A DNA stretch of 62,549 nt, the filler included, from Candidatus Delongbacteria bacterium (GTDB lineage Bacteria > UBA4055), in assembly GCA_016937995.1 (NCBI GenBank). It is 3 parts of 3 records of this genome, joined end to end, with 100 filler letters (N's around TTAATTAATTAA, not from the genome) between each part and the next. Parts side by side here need not be neighbours in the genome. Positions count along the whole stretch, not along the records: positions 56,087 to 62,549 come from JAFGVM010000090.1; 2 more parts are not named here. One strand, given 5' to 3'. Positions 56,178 through 62,549 of the stretch are shown here, one piece after another. The position numbers were made by a program, and so were the translations under genes. The notes below the pieces were generated by a model. That model searched no databases. It was not told the origin of the DNA and saw only the letters and a list, made by a program, of their open reading frames with translations. Within the stretch, counting starts at the first letter, position 1. Every line of letters begins with the position of its first letter.

Positions 56178-57092
56178 CTAATAATCAGGTGAGAGATCAG
56201 GTTTGTCTATTCCATATTTCAATTTCAGACTGTCCGTGTATGCTTTCAACTCTGCATCTTCACTGAATTTTACGGAAGTAATTTTTTCAAACATATTTTT
56301 GAATCCGACCCCGTCTGCAGTTTTACTGATATCAAGCCTGCCGATTTGCTCCGCACTGCTGCCGTGGCTTAGATAAAGTCTTTTGCCGAACCTGATCATT
56401 TCATTTTTCGTGTTTGTATTCGATATCATTATATCAATAGCTTTAACACTATTGAATATTTTTTTCTCAGCCGAACTTTCCAGATTGGATATGACTATAA
56501 AAACATCTGCTTCAGCTTTGATCGAATCAGCCAGAATATTCAATTTTTCAAACGAGATATCAGAAATGCCTGAATCAGAGGAGTATTTTGAATATAACGG
56601 ATCCGTTATTGACGTAACCGCTAGCGTCAGTCCGTTTCGTTGAAAGAGCTTATGATCTGGAACATCATCTACATTAAATGACGCAGCAGTGTTTTTATCA
56701 AGTCTTCTGTAAAAACCTGTCTCGTTCCTTCCTGCAGCAATGTAATCATATCCCAGATCCCCGATTATCTCGAGAATTATCCTGTTTTGTCTGTCTCCGA
56801 AATTATAGGAAAAAATATTACCTGTGCAAACATAGATGCTGTTCTTAAAATTAATGATGCTGTCTTTATAAAATGTGACGTGATTAAGAATATTCCCTTC
56901 AGGTTCCTTTGGGCAACGGCAGCCTTCGATTATACCATTATAATTCCCGGTGTAGAATAGAGTCATATTTTTAGACGATGAACATCCTGATATCAATATG
57001 ATAAATGAAAGAAGCAGGATCAACCTGCTTCTTCCAAAATGACAAATATTACTTATTTTATTAATCAAAAAGCTCATCTTCGTCAAGAACAA
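56178..57092 (-). CDS. Lipoprotein, UshA-like metallophosphoesterase fold with CxC motif (copy 2, degenerate)
   Basis: Lipobox LISGC; YTGNYNGIIEGCRCP; same position after the secretin as 19710-20579. Confidence 0.65.
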   Translation of the reverse strand: MFLTKMSFLINKISNICHFGRSRLILLLSFIILISGCSSSKNMTLFYTGNYNGIIEGCRCPKEPEGNILNHVTFYKDSIINFKNSIYVCTGNIFSYNFGDRQNRIILEIIGDLGYDYIAAGRNETGFYRRLDKNTAASFNVDDVPDHKLFQRNGLTLAVTSITDPLYSKYSSDSGISDISFEKLNILADSIKAEADVFIVISNLESSAEKKIFNSVKAIDIMISNTNTKNEMIRFGKRLYLSHGSSAEQIGRLDISKTADGVGFKNMFEKITSVKFSEDAELKAYTDSLKLKYGIDKPDLSPDY

Positions 57093-58425
57093 CCTCTCCG
57101 TCGATCATTATGTAAGGCGTTATCTCAATTATCAGATTAGTAGTTTTCTTCGTTTTAACCTGATGCTGGAAAATATATCCCAGGAAAGGAATATCTCCAA
57201 GAAGAGGAAGTTTGTTCACAGTGAATGTCTCGTCTTCAAGAAGCATACCGCCTATCCTGATTGTCTGTCCGTCACGAACCCTTACTGTTGTATCTGCCTT
57301 TCTTGTTTTGACCCATGGTATCTCTGAATTCGGTCCCACCCATCCGAAAATGGAAGATACTTCTGCTTCAAGTCTTACAGTTATGTCATTCTCTTCATTG
57401 ATGATAGGTTTAACTTTAAGTTTAACACCTACTTCTTCTTTCTGAACTGACTGAGTTGAAGTTCCCTGGGTAACTGTTGTTATTGTATAAGGAACAATAT
57501 CGCCAATATGAACATAAGCCTCTTTGTTGTTCAAAGTAGCAATTTCAGGTTCAGCAAGCACAAGAGCATCATTATCTCTGTTCGCAAAATCAAGGCTCAA
57601 AATATATTCCTGACCGATCACTCTGTGCCATACTGTATTAAGTCCGCTGGAAGTTTCATGAAAAGGTGAATTATCCATAAAAGTTACATCATCCGAATAA
57701 TCACCCCCGATATTTCTTACTGGGAAAGATGTGTTATCATAAGTAAAAGTCCATCCGTCTGTATAGTTTCCAGACCAGGTCCCCCAATCCTGATAAGCTC
57801 CTTCCCTCAAAGTAGTCGTGTAATTATTTATCTTTTCCCATTCAATTCCGTATCTTGCTGAAACATCGTTACCGACTTCTTTTATTCTTGCTTTAAATAA
57901 GACCTGCTGAAGTGGTCTGTCGATCCTGACAAGTACTTTTTCTATCTCCTTTGCCACCTTCGGACTAGCCTGATATATCAGTCTGTTGCCCAGTTCATCG
58001 ATCTGAACCATTTTCGATATATCTGCGAGCATGGATTTAGCGGTCTTGGCATCTGCGTACTGAAGATCGAAAACAGAAGTGTTCAGACCTATCTCTCTGT
58101 CTATCTTCTTTTGCGTAGCAACAATAATCGAGTTATCTATTATCTGATAACTAAGGTCTGTTGCCCTCACCACAAGATCCAAAGCATCTTTAATAGGGAT
58201 CTCGTTCAAAGTTAAAGTAACCTTTTTCCCGATCGTTTCTTCACTCTGTACAAGGTTAACACCGGCTCTCTCGGCAAGAGCATCCAGCACCTGGGCTACT
58301 GACTGATCCAGAGCAGTAAGTGAAATCGGAGTTTTGAAATTGTCCGATGTAGTGTCAAAGAGAAGCTGAGAGCTGAAGACAAGCCCTGTAAAGACGGTCG
58401 TTATCAATACCATAATCCTTTTCAT
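57061..58425 (-). CDS. pilQ: Secretin, PilQ/GspD family (copy 2)
   Basis: Long identical stretches with 18305-19687; KLPLLGDIPFLGYIF. Confidence 0.9.
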   Translation of the reverse strand: MKRIMVLITTVFTGLVFSSQLLFDTTSDNFKTPISLTALDQSVAQVLDALAERAGVNLVQSEETIGKKVTLTLNEIPIKDALDLVVRATDLSYQIIDNSIIVATQKKIDREIGLNTSVFDLQYADAKTAKSMLADISKMVQIDELGNRLIYQASPKVAKEIEKVLVRIDRPLQQVLFKARIKEVGNDVSARYGIEWEKINNYTTTLREGAYQDWGTWSGNYTDGWTFTYDNTSFPVRNIGGDYSDDVTFMDNSPFHETSSGLNTVWHRVIGQEYILSLDFANRDNDALVLAEPEIATLNNKEAYVHIGDIVPYTITTVTQGTSTQSVQKEEVGVKLKVKPIINEENDITVRLEAEVSSIFGWVGPNSEIPWVKTRKADTTVRVRDGQTIRIGGMLLEDETFTVNKLPLLGDIPFLGYIFQHQVKTKKTTNLIIEITPYIMIDGEVVLDEDELFD

Positions 58426-58481
58426 TTATACACCCTCCTGAATAATTTAGTATTCTTATTTCAATAAAATAGCTTGGTTGA

Positions 58482-59177
58482 TTATCTTCCCGGCCTTGGT
58501 ATTCTTCTGCCCGGCACATCACCTCCCTGAGGAGTATCCTGATTTTCCTGGCCTGAAGTAGCTTCCATAAGATTTCTTGCATAATAGTCTCCGTCAATGC
58601 CCGGTCGAAATCTTACGACCCTGTTCTTATCCTCAGTATTTACATAAACAGATCGTTCAGTTATTGATAATATGTCACCCAGATACTCACTTCCGGTTCT
58701 GGTGTTGCCTGTTGACTGGTTGGTTCCTGAGACTACCTGTTTCTGTATCTTTTTTCCGATAGCAATCTTATCTCCAACCTTAAACTCCTGTGTTTTGCCG
58801 TTAATGCTGAATCTTGCCTTGCCGTCAAAAAAAAGTGAGAATGAAACTACATCCCTTGTATATAACTCAAGTTCGTTTGTATTTATCCACGAATACTGTA
58901 TCTGAGGAGTATTGTCAGTTTCATGTACAACATCGATCTTTTTTTTCTCAATAATCTTGAAATTGAATATATCTCTTATTTTTTGAGCTTCAGCTTTTGA
59001 AAATTTTGTTATTATAGTGTCAGTTATAAGCACGCTGTCCTTACTTAATTTATATATCTCAGAAATTCTTGAAGAATCAGTATCTTGTTTTATCGTAATC
59101 AAAAGGTATGCCATGATCAGAACACAGATTGAGGAGATTATTATTATAGATATTTGCTGCTTTGAAAAATTCTTCAT
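58482..59177 (-). CDS. PilP/GspC-like protein (copy 2)
   Basis: Homologous to 17536-18225 (WINT..EL, FSINGK..FKVGDK, NQSTGN..G.EY.G.IL.I). Confidence 0.5.
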   Translation of the reverse strand: MKNFSKQQISIIIISSICVLIMAYLLITIKQDTDSSRISEIYKLSKDSVLITDTIITKFSKAEAQKIRDIFNFKIIEKKKIDVVHETDNTPQIQYSWINTNELELYTRDVVSFSLFFDGKARFSINGKTQEFKVGDKIAIGKKIQKQVVSGTNQSTGNTRTGSEYLGDILSITERSVYVNTEDKNRVVRFRPGIDGDYYARNLMEATSGQENQDTPQGGDVPGRRIPRPGR

Positions 59178-59195
59178 TTAAAAATTCCCACCTTA

Positions 59196-59774
59196 TTATA
59201 AGAATTTCACGAATTCAAGTCGTATATCACACTGAATAGTACTTTTTACATTGAATTCATCAAAATCGTCTTTTTCTAATGTATCCATATTTTTTGGTGC
59301 AGAAACCTTGTTTCTATTAATTCTTAACGCAGCAATATTTATCACATGATCACTTTTTTCAATTCTGTTAATAAAATCTCTCATCTGGTCGTAACCAGTC
59401 TCAAAACTCATTATTATAATAAAAGTTGCCGTTCCTGATTTTGGATCATTTATTTCATTCGGGTCCTGATTTATCCTATTTGCCTCATAAGTAATCTTTG
59501 AGTCTTTCAGCATATTCTCTACAACGCCCAATAGCTCAACTATTATATCCCCGTATGAGCTTGATCCTCTCTTATTAATTTCATATTTTGCCTTAATGTT
59601 TGAAATGTTGTTTTGAATAAATACATCCCTGTTGTATTTTTCCATTAGTATTTTATTCTCTGAAGAAACAGAAGCTGTTTCGTTTATTGAATCTGCAAGG
59701 AAAAAAAATCTGTAAACTAAACCCAGCACTAACAGAATTACGGGCACTATGATATAAATAATGTTTTTCTGCAT
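59196..59774 (-). CDS. PilO-like protein (copy 2)
   Basis: Homologous to 16935-17516 (SYGDIIVELL, RLEFVKFL). Confidence 0.6.
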   Translation of the reverse strand: MQKNIIYIIVPVILLVLGLVYRFFFLADSINETASVSSENKILMEKYNRDVFIQNNISNIKAKYEINKRGSSSYGDIIVELLGVVENMLKDSKITYEANRINQDPNEINDPKSGTATFIIIMSFETGYDQMRDFINRIEKSDHVINIAALRINRNKVSAPKNMDTLEKDDFDEFNVKSTIQCDIRLEFVKFL

Positions 59775-59776
59775 TT

Positions 59777-60376
59777 CTATTTACCTTTTGCCAAGTTATT
59801 GACTCTATCTGGGATTTTCAGATTGAAAACAAAAGACCAATATGTGAACTCTTCAAACTGTTTTCTGATATCGGGTCCTTTAACTAATGTCAGATTGTTT
59901 TTATCGCAAATTCCGTAGCTTATAAGTTTACCTTCCACTCTATCCTTGAAAGTAATTATCCAAGACATGAGTTGTGATTTAACATTAGAACTTCTTGAGA
60001 TAAAAGTAATTTCAATAAAATTCTCTTCATACTGAAAATTGTTTAAAATAACTGTTGAATCCATTGAGGATTCGAATTCCTGAAAAACATCAGAAATCTT
60101 TTTTCTTTTTGTCATGGAATTATACATATTCTGAGAAAGCCGGTAATTAAAATAATCTTTTGATCTAAGTTCCTTTATCCTGCTGTTAATCTCCTCATTT
60201 GCTTCTTTTGCAAGTCTGTTATCAGTGTTGACACTTAGACCAAACAGATATAACAACCCAAGAAGAAGAAGCATTACTGAGCTGAAGCATATAAACAGCA
60301 GCCTTATGAAGTTGTCTCTTTTCCTGGCTTCATACTTTTCCTGATTGATCTTGTTTAGAAAATTAAATTTGTACAT
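59777..60376 (-). CDS. PilN-like protein (copy 2)
   Basis: MYKFNFL, DSTVI, ISRSS, GPD and YWSF shared with 16274-16909. Confidence 0.6.
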   Translation of the reverse strand: MYKFNFLNKINQEKYEARKRDNFIRLLFICFSSVMLLLLGLLYLFGLSVNTDNRLAKEANEEINSRIKELRSKDYFNYRLSQNMYNSMTKRKKISDVFQEFESSMDSTVILNNFQYEENFIEITFISRSSNVKSQLMSWIITFKDRVEGKLISYGICDKNNLTLVKGPDIRKQFEEFTYWSFVFNLKIPDRVNNLAKGK

Positions 60377-60396
60377 TTTTATCCATAATCCTGAAT

Positions 60397-61761
60397 TTAT
60401 TCATATCTCAAAGCCAGACCGATAGCTACATATGCAACACTTTCTTTTTCCTTGGCATAATCCAAAACACTTGAATCACCCCTGAAGAATCCGGCAACAT
60501 CAAGATTTTCGCAGGGTATATCAGTGTTCTTGTTGATGAACTGGGCGAATTTATTCATCTCCAGAGCCTTGCCTGTAATGTATATCTTTGAAGGAATTTT
60601 GTTCTGGTTCTGCTGCGCATAGTACTGAAAGGTCTTCTGAAGCTCTCTGAGCAGCTGCATCCTGACATACTTTTTTACTGAAAAATGCTGATTCAGATTT
60701 TCTGTTGTTTCCTGTTCGAATGCACTGGTTATGTAATCGTAAAAATTCCTGTTCCTTATCATTTCTTCAGTTTCTGCAGGAGAAATATCTCTGTTTCTCT
60801 GAAGTGTTTTTTTGAAGACATTATAGGTAAAATCAATATTTCTGATGTAAAGCTCTTCACTGCCGCTTGGTATTATCATTATGTGAGAAAAGTCCATTCC
60901 TATGTCAATAACGCAGGATACTGTACCTTTCGGCGGTCTTACAGATTCATTATACAGGTTTACTATCGCTATTTTGTCAATATCAAGTATTTTACACTCC
61001 ACTCCCGTAAGCGTTAACATTCCCTGAACAGAAAAGAACGTGCTCCCGTCAGAGACAGCTGCGAGGATATCATGATTCATTCCGTCAGAATTTAAAAGTA
61101 TGTATTCATAACGGCTCATGACGTCAAAAGGGGATTTTACTATAGAAGGAAGTTCTTTCTCAATATTCTCCACGGGCGTATTCTGGACATATAGCTGTTT
61201 AACAATAACGTTCGTACCGTTCAGCGACGTTACTATGAGAGGATCGTTTTTAGCGACGCCAGCCCTTACAAAAACTTTATCGATCGCATCGATCTGCTGC
61301 TCTTTTATTACCTGATCCGGATCTTTTTTATCCTTAAAAACGTTATCCTCTGTGATCTGTGGAGGCTCAATCGGGATGACCTGCAGATTAGTAAGCCTGT
61401 AATTTATTCCGTCAAACTCAGTTTGAGCAAAGACCACATTATCTTTTGTTATATGAAGCGCATTAACCCTGCTTTTTTTTGCAGATGCGGAAACAGAGGG
61501 ACTTTTATCTGAACTGGTATCCTTTGAAGTCTTTTCGATTATTTTAAGGTCCTCTCCAATATCCGCAGGTCTCGAAGGCGGCACCTGTGCGTTGGGGACT
61601 TCAGAAAAAATATTTCTTCCTATGCTCTTTGGAGACGCGTCACTTTTCTTCGGTGTTTCCTGTGATTTTTTATCAGTCTTATTCTTAAAAAAATCAGACT
61701 GATTTTCTGCGAAAATGTTCCTTCCTATACTCTTTGATTCTCTGCTCGGATCGTTTGCCAT
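60397..61761 (-). CDS. pilM: PilM-like protein with N-terminal extension (copy 2)
   Basis: Homologous to 14891-16243; VIDIG, RELQKTFQYY and GLALRYE. Confidence 0.75.
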   Translation of the reverse strand: MANDPSRESKSIGRNIFAENQSDFFKNKTDKKSQETPKKSDASPKSIGRNIFSEVPNAQVPPSRPADIGEDLKIIEKTSKDTSSDKSPSVSASAKKSRVNALHITKDNVVFAQTEFDGINYRLTNLQVIPIEPPQITEDNVFKDKKDPDQVIKEQQIDAIDKVFVRAGVAKNDPLIVTSLNGTNVIVKQLYVQNTPVENIEKELPSIVKSPFDVMSRYEYILLNSDGMNHDILAAVSDGSTFFSVQGMLTLTGVECKILDIDKIAIVNLYNESVRPPKGTVSCVIDIGMDFSHIMIIPSGSEELYIRNIDFTYNVFKKTLQRNRDISPAETEEMIRNRNFYDYITSAFEQETTENLNQHFSVKKYVRMQLLRELQKTFQYYAQQNQNKIPSKIYITGKALEMNKFAQFINKNTDIPCENLDVAGFFRGDSSVLDYAKEKESVAYVAIGLALRYE

Positions 61762-61783
61762 AATTCTTTATCCCAAGAACTGA

Positions 61784-62518
61784 TTATCTGCTGTCAACTT
61801 CATTTGCGAGCTTGAAATAATCTTGAGCGCCCCATGAATCCGGTGCATACTCAAATATAGTTTTCATAAAGCTCGGTGCTTCTTTAAGGCTGACATCTTC
61901 TCTGATGTAGGTGTTAAACAGTTTCTCTCTAAAGAAGTCCTTTAGAATCGCGACCGTTTCGAGAGATATCTTTCTTTTTTCGTTGTAGTAAACAGGCAGC
62001 ACACCCAGAATATCAAGGTTTTTATTATACGATTTGCTGACGCTGTCAATCATGCCCAGGATCTGATTAGCTCCGATCTGAGAAAGAAAATCCATCGATA
62101 TGGGTATAACTACTTCATCGCAGTAAGTCAGAACATTTACATTGATAAGATTAATAGACGGCGCACAGTCGACGATCACATAATCCACACCTTCAAGATG
62201 TGAAAGATTCTTTTTGAGCTTATATTCCTTACCCCATGTCTTCGTCATTTTTACTTCTGTATCGACAAGATATTTACCGCCTGAAGTGATAACATGAAGT
62301 TTTTCCCGGACTTTGACTATTGATGCTCTCCTTTTAAGTAAAAGATCGCACAGAGTTTTTTCCGGATTGACGTTGAACACGATCCCGATCGTGTTTTGAG
62401 GATCGCTGTCAATAAGGAGAACACTTCTTCCCATCAACGCTAACCCGTGAGCAAGATTGATCGAAGTAGTGGTCTTTCCGGTGCCGCCCTTTGAAGATAA
62501 AATCGCAATTTTACGCAT
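61784..62518 (-). CDS. ParA/Soj family ATPase (copy 2)
   Basis: KGGTGKTT; about 23 substitutions in 244 aa versus 14132-14866 (manual count). Confidence 0.9.
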   Translation of the reverse strand: MRKIAILSSKGGTGKTTTSINLAHGLALMGRSVLLIDSDPQNTIGIVFNVNPEKTLCDLLLKRRASIVKVREKLHVITSGGKYLVDTEVKMTKTWGKEYKLKKNLSHLEGVDYVIVDCAPSINLINVNVLTYCDEVVIPISMDFLSQIGANQILGMIDSVSKSYNKNLDILGVLPVYYNEKRKISLETVAILKDFFREKLFNTYIREDVSLKEAPSFMKTIFEYAPDSWGAQDYFKLANEVDSR

Positions 62519-62549
62519 AATCAAACCTGTAACTTAATGTTCTTAACCA

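Noticed and set aside
1486-61315. Numerous short antisense or alternate-frame ORFs in the ORF track
   Set aside because: They lie within well-supported genes and have no recognisable motifs

Overview
Low-GC bacterial sequence, probably a metagenome bin; the gene styles suggest the FCB group, which is an inference. It consists of three contigs joined by artificial N-TTAATTAATTAA-N linkers (31461-31560 and 55987-56086). Contig 1 (1-31460) holds housekeeping genes (MOSC, moeA, crcB, RidA, dapA, rnhA, nusB, secA, topA, gcvPB, dinG, mraY, buk, two ptb, pspC, SPFH) and a parA-pilMNOPQ-like operon followed by a CxC metallophosphoesterase-like lipoprotein. Contig 2 (31561-55986) holds the end of the dcw cluster (ftsW C-terminus, murC, murB, ftsQ, ftsA, ftsZ; no murG), queD, dnaE preceded by two tandem NrdR-like boxes, an MltB-like gene and a type I-B CRISPR-Cas locus (cas6b, cas8b with internal cas11, cas7, cas5, cas3, cas1, cas2, cas4; 13 repeats and 12 spacers, truncated by the gap). 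The cas operon is interrupted by a Schlafen/AlbA_2-HATPase-wHTH gene, a 42-bp tandem repeat, a YhcG remnant and a DUF6933-like gene. Contig 3 (56087-62549) is a second, diverged copy of the parA-pilMNOPQ-lipoprotein operon. Best candidates for novelty: (i) a ParA ATPase co-encoded with a PilM whose N-terminal tail carries duplicated ParB-like (L/I)GR peptides, suggesting ParA-driven positioning of a secretin machine; (ii) the Schlafen gene and helically phased repeat embedded in the I-B cas operon; (iii) NrdR boxes in front of dnaE. All family assignments come from recognising motifs by eye; no searches were run.
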